Numbered from the stretch's first letter, positions 26,196-36,739 are shown. The stretch: 64,000 nucleotides of DNA from an uncultured Candidatus Saccharibacteria bacterium (GCA_965230915.1 OZ246395.1:728935-792934), one strand, 5' to 3'. Numbers and translations are program-made. The notes: generated by a model not told the origin, from the sequence alone.

Positions 26196-27575
26196 ATGCG
26201 ATTTCTAGAAAATATAAATAAAAGCCTGTTGATTATTGTTATTTTTCTAGCTTCAGTACTGCTTTCTTACAAATACATAGACTTCGGGTCAAACATGTCA
26301 GTTGCAACCGGCCACGTATATCTTGCCAAAAGCCTAGCACTAGATCACACCTTTAAATTAAATAATTATTGGCAAAATGCAGGTGTAGATGTGATTACTG
26401 TTAATGGTGATTACTATTTGCCGTATGCTCCGCTAAATGCCATTTTGATGGCGATTCCGTATATTGCGTTACAAATTATTTATTATTTTTATACAAATTC
26501 TCTTGGAGAAATAAACGGCGATATCTCGATAATTTTTGAAAGTTTTGCCTTTTCTTTGCCATCTTCACTGGCACTTTTAGGAATTTTACTTTTACTAAAA
26601 AAATACTGCGATAAATTCTTAAAGCTATCTAAATCTCAATTAGGTCTATTATTAATCGCTACATCTTTTGGAACATTACTTTTCATTTATAGTCTCTCGT
26701 TTTTTCATCATCTAATATCTGCTTTTTTAATTTTTGCCGCATTCTATTTATTAAATTCACAGGCAAAAAATAAATATATTTTTGCTGGAATACTAACTGG
26801 CGCTGCATTTCTAACAGAATTTTTAACAGCATTTTTCTCGATTGCACTTTTAATCGCCGAATTCACAAATTTAGTCCGCCGCAAGAAAACATTTAAACAG
26901 GTGTTTTCTGAACTTATTCAGTTTGCGATTCCGGTTGCTGTAGCAATTGGTTTAATACTCACTTATAACCACTTTATATTTGGAGGTCCTCTCATTTTCG
27001 GCGAATCAATCTTTATCGCACAACGAACTGCAAGCGGTGTCGACTGGGACGGTTTTCGGGAAAATCCATTATATGGCCTTTACGGTTCAATGTTCTCTCC
27101 ATTAAAAGGTTTATTTGTTTACAGCCCATTTTTACTTTTCGCTATATTGGGATTGCGAAGTTTTTTTAAGTCACACAAATATCAGGCAACACTAGCAATA
27201 TCTTATATAATAATATTGACCGTACTTTATTCAATGTGGAGCGACTGCTTTGGGGCAACGGTTTATGGTACAAGATATTTAATCGGCGTTATTCCATTTT
27301 GGTGTCTGATAGCGGCTTACTCTTTCGAAACAATTTATAAAAGCTCAATACTAAAAAATATTTTTTATATAGCAGTTGCACTTAGCATTTTTGTAAATAC
27401 AACAAATTCAATATTTGGAATCGCCCAAAGTAAAATGGAACAATGCGATGTGTATTTGAATACATATACTCCATATCACAGAATAGTTGAGGCTACTACG
27501 TACAAAGGTCAACCAATCAAGTTGTCGCCAGCAATAATAGATTTTTATAGGGATAAATACTTTCCAGATAATTGA
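26196..27575 (+). CDS. polytopic membrane protein, possible GT-C-type glycosyltransferase
   Basis: 459 aa, more than 10 predicted TM helices. Only topology and general resemblance to PMT/ArnT-like proteins support the call. No diagnostic DE motif was seen. Confidence 0.45.
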   Translation: MRFLENINKSLLIIVIFLASVLLSYKYIDFGSNMSVATGHVYLAKSLALDHTFKLNNYWQNAGVDVITVNGDYYLPYAPLNAILMAIPYIALQIIYYFYTNSLGEINGDISIIFESFAFSLPSSLALLGILLLLKKYCDKFLKLSKSQLGLLLIATSFGTLLFIYSLSFFHHLISAFLIFAAFYLLNSQAKNKYIFAGILTGAAFLTEFLTAFFSIALLIAEFTNLVRRKKTFKQVFSELIQFAIPVAVAIGLILTYNHFIFGGPLIFGESIFIAQRTASGVDWDGFRENPLYGLYGSMFSPLKGLFVYSPFLLFAILGLRSFFKSHKYQATLAISYIIILTVLYSMWSDCFGATVYGTRYLIGVIPFWCLIAAYSFETIYKSSILKNIFYIAVALSIFVNTTNSIFGIAQSKMEQCDVYLNTYTPYHRIVEATTYKGQPIKLSPAIIDFYRDKYFPDN

Positions 27576-27579
27576 TAAG

Positions 27580-29016
27580 TTACATAGGACCTTCGTCGGC
27601 CTTAATTTCTTCTGTAACTTTTTCTTCCATCTTAAATTCATGTGTTAATTGCTTATCTTTCCAAGTACCCATTCTGTATATTATTACAACAATAATGGAA
27701 CCAATAATGCTTGAAATCGGCCATGACGCCCATAAGCCCTGGACACCCATTATGCTATCCCTGGATAGAATATACGCAGATGGAAAAGCCACGAGCCATA
27801 AAACAGCAATTGAAATTATCATAGACATAGTCGTGTTACCAGCCCCTCTAAAGCTTCCGCTTAATACTTGTTGAACACCCATAAATCCAAAGCCTATACT
27901 CATCCATCTTATTGCGTTTGCGCTTTCCTTTAGTGCAAGCCCGGCATTCGGAAGGAAAAATGCAGCGATTTGATATGCAAAAATATAGCTTAGAATTCCA
28001 ACAATGGCTAAAGAAATGAAACCAACAATCGACGAAGTTTTTGCAATATCTTCTGCGTGCTTTTTATCTCCGGCGCCTATACTTTGACCGACAAGAGCTG
28101 CAGTCGCAATTGATAATCCAAAGGCAGGAATAATAACAAATGAATAAACACGACCGCCAATTCCATATGCGGCCAAAATATCGGTTCCAAATCCAGCTAT
28201 CAAAAAAGACATCGCCATAAGCGCTAATGCAACAGCTGACTGCTCAATTGAGGAAGGCAAACCCAGCATAAACATTTTCCTAATTAATGGGAAATCAAAA
28301 GATGGAATTTTCTTTTCTATATGTATTCCATATTTGCCGGTAAACATTACATACAAACCAATCAAAGAAGCAATTGTCTGAGTCAAAATTGTTGCAATCG
28401 CTGCTCCGGTAACCCCATAAGCCGGAACAAACCAATAACCATTTATAAAAAGCGGATCTAAAATAAAATTCAATAAAACCGTGCTCAAAACTATATATGT
28501 TGGAATCTTTCCCTCACCAACACCTCTCATTAATGATTCAAACACAAAATAAGTAAAAATAGCGATTATTCCAATAAAGGAAACCTGCAAATAGCTAACG
28601 GCCAATGGAAAAACTTCATCAGAAACTTCGCTAGCTCTAATAATAGCTGGAGTTATTAAGTAACCTACAATTGAAATAACAATAGAAATAATAAAAAGCA
28701 TCAAAAAGGTCTGCGTTACTATATGATTTACAGCTTTTTGATCCCCTTTGCCTTTAAACTGGGATACCAATATAGACCCTGCAATTGGAAGACCTCCACC
28801 TAATGAAATTAACAAAAATAGAGGTGGAAAGCTTAGCGACACGGCAGCCGTAGCAGCATTCCCAAGTCTACCGACCCAAAAAGTATCGGTTAGCTGGTAC
28901 ATAGTCTGCAACAAATTCCCGATAACAATTGGCACAGCCAATTTTAATAGGGCATCTATAGTTTTACGTTCTATGTTTATACCTAGAAAATTCATACAAA
29001 TAGCAGCTGAGGACAA
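27580..29016 (-). CDS. MATE family efflux transporter
   Basis: 12-TM protein with N-terminal LAVPIVIGNLLQTMYQLTDTFWVGRLG, typical of NorM-like MATE. Confidence 0.85.
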   Translation of the reverse strand: MSSAAICMNFLGINIERKTIDALLKLAVPIVIGNLLQTMYQLTDTFWVGRLGNAATAAVSLSFPPLFLLISLGGGLPIAGSILVSQFKGKGDQKAVNHIVTQTFLMLFIISIVISIVGYLITPAIIRASEVSDEVFPLAVSYLQVSFIGIIAIFTYFVFESLMRGVGEGKIPTYIVLSTVLLNFILDPLFINGYWFVPAYGVTGAAIATILTQTIASLIGLYVMFTGKYGIHIEKKIPSFDFPLIRKMFMLGLPSSIEQSAVALALMAMSFLIAGFGTDILAAYGIGGRVYSFVIIPAFGLSIATAALVGQSIGAGDKKHAEDIAKTSSIVGFISLAIVGILSYIFAYQIAAFFLPNAGLALKESANAIRWMSIGFGFMGVQQVLSGSFRGAGNTTMSMIISIAVLWLVAFPSAYILSRDSIMGVQGLWASWPISSIIGSIIVVIIYRMGTWKDKQLTHEFKMEEKVTEEIKADEGPM

Positions 29017-29073
29017 ACGTTAAGTGTCTTAAGCCTATTTATTATACACCCACATGCTAAAATTTAAGTACTC

Positions 29074-29640
29074 ATGAATAAGATCCCTTATGTAGTTGAA
29101 TACGTGGTTTTTGACCCAGCTAGTATTCCCTCAGACATCAAAAAATCCGAAGATTTAAAGAGACATATTCTGTCTAAAGTACAGGGATCACCGGTTGAAC
29201 TCGCAGCAACCAACAGAATTGCTCTTTCTATGTTCATATTTAACGTAATGCATCAGGTGTGTCCCGAAGTCGTCTTAGCAACAAGCGAAGGAACAAAATA
29301 CCTGATCTATAGCCATATTGGCTATCCAATTTTTCATCCAGATGATGTAAACGAAGGTATATCAGTCAAAAATGACTTTAATATGACTAATGTTTATACA
29401 GAACATGAAATTATCGATCTAGAACGTATTTGGAAATCTTCTTACAACCAAGACTTTGAAGGCAAACTAAAAGAATCATTAGCCGTTGTAAGATCTAAAA
29501 TAAAACGTACTTATAAAGCAACATTAATGGGAGATGCCCCACTTTTATTCATACTGGCGGCACAACATTTATTCGGAAACAATACAAAACAACTTTTTTA
29601 TCAACGAAACGAAAGTTCCGAACCAAAAAGGATCAAATAA
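29074..29640 (+). CDS. hypothetical protein (translationally coupled to the downstream helicase)
   Basis: 188-aa ORF. Its stop overlaps the helicase ATG (TAATG). Confidence 0.5.
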   Translation: MNKIPYVVEYVVFDPASIPSDIKKSEDLKRHILSKVQGSPVELAATNRIALSMFIFNVMHQVCPEVVLATSEGTKYLIYSHIGYPIFHPDDVNEGISVKNDFNMTNVYTEHEIIDLERIWKSSYNQDFEGKLKESLAVVRSKIKRTYKATLMGDAPLLFILAAQHLFGNNTKQLFYQRNESSEPKRIK

Positions 29641-32381
29641 TGGCAGAACCAGGGGTACCAACTATAAATCCAGAGCCAAGTACAGAATTTCCACAGGAAT
29701 TAAGAGAACGGCTTTATGAAGTAATTCCATGTTTAGACAACGAAATATCCCAAGCACAACCTATCGCACAAAAGCAAAGAGAAATAATGAATTGCTTTGC
29801 CGATAGCCAAAACTCAGTTATTGTCGGTGACACTGGTTCAGGAAAAACAGTCACTACACCGATTTATCTCGAAAAATTCCAAGAAGTTGCCCTTGAAGCT
29901 GGGCTTGTTAGCGACGGACGAATCGTAGTTACATCCCCTACAAGAATTGCCACCACAGAAAACGCAAATGATATTTCAGCTGTATACGGAACCGCAGTAG
30001 GGGGCAAAGTTGGTTACCAAGTTGGAAAAACCAATAATCCCGCAGAAGCGAGTAAAGTATCAAGAGACACAAAAATTGTTGTCATGACCGAAAAAATTCT
30101 GTTGCTTATGATGGAAAGAGATCCTTTGTTAAGAGAGGTTTCAATATGGATGGCCGACGAAGCTCACAAAAGAACTTTAGACCTAGAAGCAATGATGGGT
30201 CACATACAAACTATAAATGAAAATAGAAAAAGGCAGGGTATACCTCCAATTAAAGTAGTAGCAACATCAGCAACAATTAAGGAAGATGACTTCACTAAAC
30301 ACTTGGCAGTAGATGGCAAACCGGCAGCTTTTGAAAAAGTCGAAGGAAGAGTTTATAAGGTTCATGAGTATTATGAATCTGAAACCCCAGACGAAACAAA
30401 TGGGGATTATATAGAAGCAGCTGCTCAAAAATTCACTGATATTTTAAACGGAGTCAATTGTCATATAAATGAAAAAACCCTTGACCCTAATGGAGACACC
30501 TTAATCTTTATGCCAGGAAAAGGCGAAATAGAAAAAACACATAAACTCCTTAAACAAAAACTTGGACCAAGATATAACGATTACGAGATTGTCGAATTAT
30601 ATGGAAGACGTCCTTTAACTAATGCGGAAAAACGAAGATTCGCAGCACATGCTGAAAAAGGACAGAAACCAAGAATATTTATAGCCACAGATATGGTAGA
30701 AACATCTGTTACTCTAAAAGGTGTCGTAAGAGTTATCGATACAGGATTAATCAAACAGAGTGAATATAATCCCGATACCGGAATATCCAAATTAGAAACA
30801 ATTAGACATTCAATAGCTGGTTTAAATCAGAGAAAAGGTCGCGCTGGTAGAGTCCAGGAAGGTATATGTTATCGCTTATTTACAGAAGAAGATCTTACTA
30901 ATGGCCGCCTTGAATTTACGAAACCAGAAATAGAGCGTTCAGACCTAGGATTAGTTGTTCTTAAATTACTAAAACTTGGGGTCAAAAATCCTGCGCAATT
31001 CGATTTTATTGAAAAGAATCCGGAAAAACGACTCCCACTGTTAGAATCTGTGCGAAGATCCCTCAGAAACTTAAGGGTTATAAACGCAGTCGATAGAAAC
31101 GGCATAACCGCAGAAGGTCGAATAATCGATGAAATCGGAGCAAGACCAGAATACGGGAAAATGTTAATAGAAGCCGCCAAACGAGGTGTTGCCGCAGCAA
31201 TGATAGATACTCTAAGAATTCCTATTTCAAAAGCGTTTATGTTCTTGAAACCTCCAGAAGAGGAAGCTAAAGCTGACAAAGAAAAGAGAGAAGCACGCCA
31301 AAAGTCTTTAGGCTCACAAACAGGTTCTGATTTCTTAAAAGCTAGAAATACTTGGTGGAAATATATCGAAAACAACCGCAATGCAACCCTAGACGACTGG
31401 ATCTCTTTCAACTTTTTAAACCGTGGAATTTTTACCGAAGCTGAAAAGAATGGAAACGATTTAATGGAGACTTTGCGAGAATTAGTTCCTCCTATACTTG
31501 CCGAAAATACATGCCCACCTGAACAGCTGGACGAAAACTTACAAAAAGCTATAGCCGCAGGCTTAATAGGAACTTTAATGTTCAGATCTGATCCGAAACA
31601 GTTAGGAGAAAATGACAGAAACGTTTACTACGAAGAAGTTCTTCCTTACACTCAAGAGAAATCCAACATAACTTTATCGAATAGATCAATTGTTAGCGAT
31701 GCTCCATATAAAGGTTTCGTTGTAGCAGGCAAATTTGGCTCCGCAAAAGTAACCGTTGGACCCAAAATTAAAGTTGGCGAAGAGGTCGATGAAAAAGGAA
31801 AAAAGAAAGATAAAATGGATTTTGACCCAAGAAGAAAGAAAGAAATTCCAATTACTAGGGCTGAAATGCTTCAAGCAGTTCCTGCCGAGTGGCTGGAAGA
31901 AATTGCGCCTCACTTATTTGAACAACGGGTCGAAGATGTTCCATTTAATGATGGAGTTAAACGAACGATCCGAATATTTTTTAGAGGTACCGACAGACTT
32001 GTAATCGATCCTATCACAAAATTAGTCCCCAATATCGAATTAATAAGACAAAGAAGAGCTGCAGAATTTGCAGCAAGCCAAAGACAAGTACCAATAATTC
32101 CTGAACAGCCACAGCCTAGACCTAGACCATCCGTACCTGAACAAACACCGCCAGACGAACCCTATAATGATGATATGTTTAGAAGACCTGAAGACCGACG
32201 AACCAGGCCTACACCGCCAAATACAACAACGCCCCCACCAGCAAGACCGACTCCAACACCTGACAATGATAGTATGTTTAGAAGGCCTACAAATCCTCCA
32301 CCACAGAACCCTCCACAAAGTGGTCAGAAACCTAAAGGTATACGTGGATTTTTAATGGGAAATCGTGGAAAGAAAAGCTAA
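29640..32381 (+). CDS. DEAH/RHA-family ATP-dependent helicase (HrpA/HrpB-like) with proline-rich C-terminal repeat tail
   Basis: Motif I GDTGSGKT, motif II DEAH, motif III SAT, motif VI QRKGRAGR. Tail has two DD(M/S)MFRRP repeats in a Pro/Thr-rich segment. Confidence 0.85.
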   Translation: MAEPGVPTINPEPSTEFPQELRERLYEVIPCLDNEISQAQPIAQKQREIMNCFADSQNSVIVGDTGSGKTVTTPIYLEKFQEVALEAGLVSDGRIVVTSPTRIATTENANDISAVYGTAVGGKVGYQVGKTNNPAEASKVSRDTKIVVMTEKILLLMMERDPLLREVSIWMADEAHKRTLDLEAMMGHIQTINENRKRQGIPPIKVVATSATIKEDDFTKHLAVDGKPAAFEKVEGRVYKVHEYYESETPDETNGDYIEAAAQKFTDILNGVNCHINEKTLDPNGDTLIFMPGKGEIEKTHKLLKQKLGPRYNDYEIVELYGRRPLTNAEKRRFAAHAEKGQKPRIFIATDMVETSVTLKGVVRVIDTGLIKQSEYNPDTGISKLETIRHSIAGLNQRKGRAGRVQEGICYRLFTEEDLTNGRLEFTKPEIERSDLGLVVLKLLKLGVKNPAQFDFIEKNPEKRLPLLESVRRSLRNLRVINAVDRNGITAEGRIIDEIGARPEYGKMLIEAAKRGVAAAMIDTLRIPISKAFMFLKPPEEEAKADKEKREARQKSLGSQTGSDFLKARNTWWKYIENNRNATLDDWISFNFLNRGIFTEAEKNGNDLMETLRELVPPILAENTCPPEQLDENLQKAIAAGLIGTLMFRSDPKQLGENDRNVYYEEVLPYTQEKSNITLSNRSIVSDAPYKGFVVAGKFGSAKVTVGPKIKVGEEVDEKGKKKDKMDFDPRRKKEIPITRAEMLQAVPAEWLEEIAPHLFEQRVEDVPFNDGVKRTIRIFFRGTDRLVIDPITKLVPNIELIRQRRAAEFAASQRQVPIIPEQPQPRPRPSVPEQTPPDEPYNDDMFRRPEDRRTRPTPPNTTTPPPARPTPTPDNDSMFRRPTNPPPQNPPQSGQKPKGIRGFLMGNRGKKS

Positions 32382-32382
32382 A

Positions 32383-32459
32383 TGGTCGGGGTGGCAGGAC
32401 TTGAACCTGCGACCTCACGCACCCCATGCGTACGCGCTAGCCAACTGCGCTACACCCCG
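32383..32459 (-). tRNA. tRNA-Pro (anticodon GGG), CCA encoded
   Basis: CGGGGTG acceptor, D-arm GCGC-AGTTGGCTA-GCGC, anticodon loop AUGGGGU (G37), T-loop TTCAAGT, 3' CACCCCGACCA. Confidence 0.9.
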
Positions 32460-32581
32460 GAATAGTATTCAAATTTATTCATCGAAATTTCGCACCCTGG
32501 CGAATTTCCCAAAATAAATTTAAATCCAATCTGCATATTATACCCTAACAAAACATTTCAATATCAGTTAGTATTGCGATT

Positions 32582-33190
32582 ATGACCGAAAAAATCATGG
32601 GCCACTACAGAGCCATAGATCCAAAAATTTATAGTGTAATGAAAGATCTAAACTACAAAGACTGGCTGCAAGAATCTGATACAAGATCAGAAAACTATTT
32701 TCTTTCTTTATGCTCATCAATAGTTGGACAACAATTATCGACTAAGGCCGCACGGGCAATTCGCGAAAAATTCTTGAATTTATTTTCGGATAAAAATCCC
32801 ACACCTGATGCAATTCTTGCAATAGACGATCAAATAATTCGTGACGCAGGTCTATCTTGGGCCAAAATAAAATATATTAAAGACCTTTCACAAAAAGTGA
32901 AAAATAAAGAAATTCACTTGGAGAAACTGTCTGAACTTTCAGATGAAGAAGTTATTTCCGAACTAATTAAGGTTAAGGGAATAGGTCGATGGACCGCGGA
33001 AATGTTTCTGATGTTTACCCTACGCCGTGAAGACATTTTTTCGTTCGGTGATCTCGGACTAAATAAGGGATTTCAAAAGGTTTATGGAATCGAAAATCCA
33101 ACGATCGATCAAATTAATGAAGTAATATTAAAATGGGCCCCATATAAATCTTACGGATCTATCGCACTCTGGCATAGCCTCGAAATTTGA
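32582..33190 (+). CDS. HhH-GPD base-excision DNA glycosylase (AlkA-like 3-methyladenine glycosylase II)
   Basis: Helix-hairpin-helix KGIGRWTAEMFLMF followed by the catalytic-Asp motif FSFGDLG. Confidence 0.8.
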   Translation: MTEKIMGHYRAIDPKIYSVMKDLNYKDWLQESDTRSENYFLSLCSSIVGQQLSTKAARAIREKFLNLFSDKNPTPDAILAIDDQIIRDAGLSWAKIKYIKDLSQKVKNKEIHLEKLSELSDEEVISELIKVKGIGRWTAEMFLMFTLRREDIFSFGDLGLNKGFQKVYGIENPTIDQINEVILKWAPYKSYGSIALWHSLEI

Positions 33191-33284
33191 AAAAGCTCAA
33201 TTCGCTACTATTTTAAATGCCAAAAATAATCAAAAAAGGGAAGCCAAAGCTTCCCTTTTAAAAATCCTAATGTAATTAGACCCT

Positions 33285-33713
33285 TTAACGTTTTGAGTAT
33301 TGAGGTCTCTTTCTTGCTTTTGTTAAGAAAGGTTTCTTTCTTTCGACTTCTCTTGAATCGCGAGTAACAAGATCATTTGATCTTAGAACTGCTTTAAAAG
33401 TTGGATCTTGAGCGATTAATGCGCGAGCGATTCCAAGTCTAACGGCTTCTAATTGTCCTTTTGGACCTCCACCGTGAACTTTAATAGTTGCGCTATATTT
33501 AGCTTGTGGATGTGAAACTCCTACTGCATGAAATGGTTTTACCCATTCTAATGTGTCATCAGCATCTGTAAAGTAATCTTTGGCTGGTTTACCGTTTATT
33601 GTGAAATCACCTTTTTCTGCGTATAACCAGACTCTGGCAACCGATCTTTTTCTGCGACCTGTACCTGAGAAAAAATTAGCTTTTTTAGATTTTTTTTCTG
33701 CTTTTTCTGCCAT
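33285..33713 (-). CDS. rpsI: 30S ribosomal protein S9
   Basis: C-terminal ...TRDSREVERKKPFLTKARKRPQYSKR. Position after rplM. Confidence 0.9.
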   Translation of the reverse strand: MAEKAEKKSKKANFFSGTGRRKRSVARVWLYAEKGDFTINGKPAKDYFTDADDTLEWVKPFHAVGVSHPQAKYSATIKVHGGGPKGQLEAVRLGIARALIAQDPTFKAVLRSNDLVTRDSREVERKKPFLTKARKRPQYSKR

Positions 33714-33721
33714 ATTATTTA

Positions 33722-34171
33722 TTAATTATTTTCGCTTGTAGCAACTGATTCACTATTTCCAGCTACTTGTCCTTGATGTGGATGCTCTGCCCCAACATAC
33801 AAATATAAGTTAGCCAATCTGTCATTTCTTAATTTATTCTTTGGAAGCATTCCTTTTACGGCTTCATGAATAATTTTCTTTGGAGTATCTTTTCTTGTTT
33901 GAGCAACACTCTTCATCTTAAAGTTTCCGACTTGTCCAGAGTGGATAGGATACATTTTATCAAGTTCTTTGTTTCCGGTTAAAGCAACTTTTTCTACGTT
34001 TGTTACAACGATTTTATCTCCAGATACTAAATATGGAGCATAATTTGGTTTGTGCTTACCAATAAGTAATACTGCGATATCAGCAGCTAATCTACCAAGA
34101 ACTTTTCCTTCTGCATCAATATGATGCCATTCTGGTTTTAATTCAATTTTTGTTGACGAATGTGTTTTCAT
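33722..34171 (-). CDS. rplM: 50S ribosomal protein L13
   Basis: Conserved L13 sequence (WHHIDAEGKVLGRLA..). Adjacent to rpsI. Confidence 0.9.
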   Translation of the reverse strand: MKTHSSTKIELKPEWHHIDAEGKVLGRLAADIAVLLIGKHKPNYAPYLVSGDKIVVTNVEKVALTGNKELDKMYPIHSGQVGNFKMKSVAQTRKDTPKKIIHEAVKGMLPKNKLRNDRLANLYLYVGAEHPHQGQVAGNSESVATSENN

Positions 34172-34173
34172 TT

Positions 34174-34671
34174 TTATTTAGATTCACTTGCACTAGCAAC
34201 TTCTTTAGCTTTTTTAGGAGCTTTTGCTGGTTTAGCAGCTTTAGTCTCGCTTGCACTCGCTTGGCGGGTGTTTTTAGCTTCTTCTTTTTTTGCTGGCTTT
34301 TCTAGCTTAGCTGGTTTTTCAACTAAAGATAATACAGCCATTTGAGTCATATCTCCTTTTCTTACGAAAGATCTTTGGATTCTTGTGTATCCACCTGATC
34401 TTGCACCAAGTCTAGGACCGATATCGCTCAAAAGTTTTTCTACAAGCTCTGTATCTTGTAATTTAGAGATTAATCTTCTTCTATTAGCTAATGTGTTTGT
34501 TTTAGCTATAGTTAACATCTTTTCTGCCTCAGGTCTTACAGCTTTAGCTTTTGCTAAAGTGGTTTCGATCTTTTCATGCATGAATAAACTTCTAGCTAAA
34601 CCTAATACTAAGGCTTTGCGCGCTGCAGGAGTTCTATTAAATTTTGAAACTTTTGTTTGTCTATGTTTCAT
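34174..34671 (-). CDS. rplQ: 50S ribosomal protein L17 with Lys/Ala-rich C-terminal extension
   Basis: MKHRQTKVSKFNRTPAARKAL core. About 45-aa KPAK/KAKE-rich tail. Confidence 0.9.
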   Translation of the reverse strand: MKHRQTKVSKFNRTPAARKALVLGLARSLFMHEKIETTLAKAKAVRPEAEKMLTIAKTNTLANRRRLISKLQDTELVEKLLSDIGPRLGARSGGYTRIQRSFVRKGDMTQMAVLSLVEKPAKLEKPAKKEEAKNTRQASASETKAAKPAKAPKKAKEVASASESK

Positions 34672-34708
34672 AATTGTTTCCTTTAGCAGGACAACTCAGG
34701 CAGAACTA

Positions 34709-35647
34709 TTATTTAAGTCCTTCTCTTTCCAATAGAGATAAAATTTCTCTAATAGATTTTTCACCTAAATTTCTTACTCTTAATAAATCATCTTCTGATC
34801 TATCTGCTAAATCTCCAAGTGTTTTAATACCTGATTTTCTTAAAGCATTGATAGTTCTTGTTGGCAAGTGAAGTTCTTCTAAAGCAACTTCATCAGCTTG
34901 CATTTTTGGTTGACCAGCTGATGCCTGATCTGCAACTACTTCCATTTCAGTATCCTGTTCTGGAGTGTAATCCTGACCAGTTTGAACTTTATAGAAGAAT
35001 TCTTTTAATACTTTTGATGCATTTCTTACAGCTTCTTCTGGATCTGCCGTTCCGTCTGTTAAAACTTCTAAAGTTAATTTATCGAAGTTTGTATCTCTTC
35101 CTACGCGAGTATCTTCTACAGATACGGTGACATTAACAATTGGTGAATAGTTAGCATCTAGTGCTATAACTCCAATTGGAGTAGTCTCGCCTTCTTCTAC
35201 CGGGATATATCCATATCCGCTAGAAATAGTGATTTTAGCTTTTAGCTTATCTTTTTTAGTAGCTAAAGTTGTTATAAGCAAATCTTTGTTGATAATTTCT
35301 ACGCCTGATTCAGTTTCAATATCTCCAGCTTTTACATCTCCCGGGCCTGTAACATCTAAGTCTAAAACAACATCACCTTCGATTTGTTTTTTGATTCTGA
35401 TTTTCTTCATGTTTAACAACATGTGTAAAACATCGTCGTTTGCCCCGCTTATAGTGGAGAACTGATGTGAAACACCATCAAAAGATACTCTTGTTATTGC
35501 AGCACCTGGCGTTGCAGAGTATAAAGTGCGTCTTATGGCACTTCCAATTGTATGGCCAAACCCCTTGATAAGTGGAGTTATTTCAAAAACACCTTTTCGG
35601 CCATCATTTTCGATGACTTTAAAATTTACTTGGTGAATATTAAACAT
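34709..35647 (-). CDS. rpoA: DNA-directed RNA polymerase subunit alpha
   Basis: N-terminal dimerisation domain and C-terminal domain with conserved sequence. Position between rpsD and rplQ. Confidence 0.9.
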   Translation of the reverse strand: MFNIHQVNFKVIENDGRKGVFEITPLIKGFGHTIGSAIRRTLYSATPGAAITRVSFDGVSHQFSTISGANDDVLHMLLNMKKIRIKKQIEGDVVLDLDVTGPGDVKAGDIETESGVEIINKDLLITTLATKKDKLKAKITISSGYGYIPVEEGETTPIGVIALDANYSPIVNVTVSVEDTRVGRDTNFDKLTLEVLTDGTADPEEAVRNASKVLKEFFYKVQTGQDYTPEQDTEMEVVADQASAGQPKMQADEVALEELHLPTRTINALRKSGIKTLGDLADRSEDDLLRVRNLGEKSIREILSLLEREGLK

Positions 35648-35699
35648 TTGTTTTAATCCTTTTTGCCCAGGCGAAAGTAAGAACTACTTATTCTTATCT

Positions 35700-36299
35700 T
35701 TAGCGTGAGTAATATTCAACTATTAGTTGCTCATTAATTTCTATATTAATGTCTTCACGAACAGGCAGTCTAGTGATAACAATACTTTTATTCGATGCAT
35801 CCCAGTTTAGCCATTCTGGCATATCGTTATCTTCTTTAGGTTTTGTTTCAATTCCATCAATAGTTATCACATCATTTGGTCTAACTTGATATGAAGGAAT
35901 ATCAATAACGTTTCCGTTAACTTTAACTTTTTTACTTCCGACTAGCTTTCTAGCTGCAGCATTTGACGGAGCTAATCCACCTTTTGCAACAACATTATCT
36001 AATCTGGTTTCTAAAATCTGTAAAAGTACTAAACCTGTAACTCCCTGAACTTTTGCTGCATTTTCATAATATCTTCTAAATTGAGTCTCTAATACTCCAT
36101 AAATTCTTTTTACTTTCTGTTTCTCTCTTAATTGTCTTCCATAGTCAGATAATCTTCTAGCTGATTTGAAGTTTTCTCCAGGAACCTGGTTTCTTCTAGA
36201 AACAGAACATTTTTCTGACATACAACGGCTTCCTTTTAAGAAAAGCTTCATGCCTTCGCGTCTACATAATTTACATTTTGGTCCTGCGTAGCGTGCCAT
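35700..36299 (-). CDS. rpsD: 30S ribosomal protein S4
   Basis: MARYAGPKCKLCRREG start (zinc-ribbon S4). The start was moved to the conserved MARY, which abuts the rpsK stop. Confidence 0.9.
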   Translation of the reverse strand: MARYAGPKCKLCRREGMKLFLKGSRCMSEKCSVSRRNQVPGENFKSARRLSDYGRQLREKQKVKRIYGVLETQFRRYYENAAKVQGVTGLVLLQILETRLDNVVAKGGLAPSNAAARKLVGSKKVKVNGNVIDIPSYQVRPNDVITIDGIETKPKEDNDMPEWLNWDASNKSIVITRLPVREDINIEINEQLIVEYYSR

Positions 36300-36715
36300 T
36301 ATACTCTTCTCCTCTTTCTTGGACGACAACCATTATGAGCAATTGGGGTTACGTCAACTATTTTATTAATTATTAGTCCGCCTGTTCTTAATGCTTTTAC
36401 ACATTGTGATTTTCCAGAACCAACACCTTTTATATAAGCTGTTACTTCTTTGATTCCTAATGCAACTGCTTTCTTGGCTGTGTTTTCACCAACAACAGAA
36501 GATGCATAAGGAGTAGATTTCTTTGAACCTTTAAAGTTGTTTCCACCTGCGGTTCCCCAGACTACTGTGTTACCTTCTAAATCGGTAATTGTTACAACTG
36601 TATTGTTGTATCCTGAAAATACATAAACTTTACCCATTGGCTGTACTTGCTTTACAGCTTTTGATGTTTTTGGTGTGTTTTTTTGTTTTGTTGCTACTGC
36701 TTTTTTAGTTGCCAT
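36299..36715 (-). CDS. rpsK: 30S ribosomal protein S11
   Basis: Conserved S11 C-terminus ..DVTPIAHNGCRPRKRRRV. Confidence 0.92.
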   Translation of the reverse strand: MATKKAVATKQKNTPKTSKAVKQVQPMGKVYVFSGYNNTVVTITDLEGNTVVWGTAGGNNFKGSKKSTPYASSVVGENTAKKAVALGIKEVTAYIKGVGSGKSQCVKALRTGGLIINKIVDVTPIAHNGCRPRKRRRV

Positions 36716-36739
36716 TTATATTAAATATTATTAAAACTT

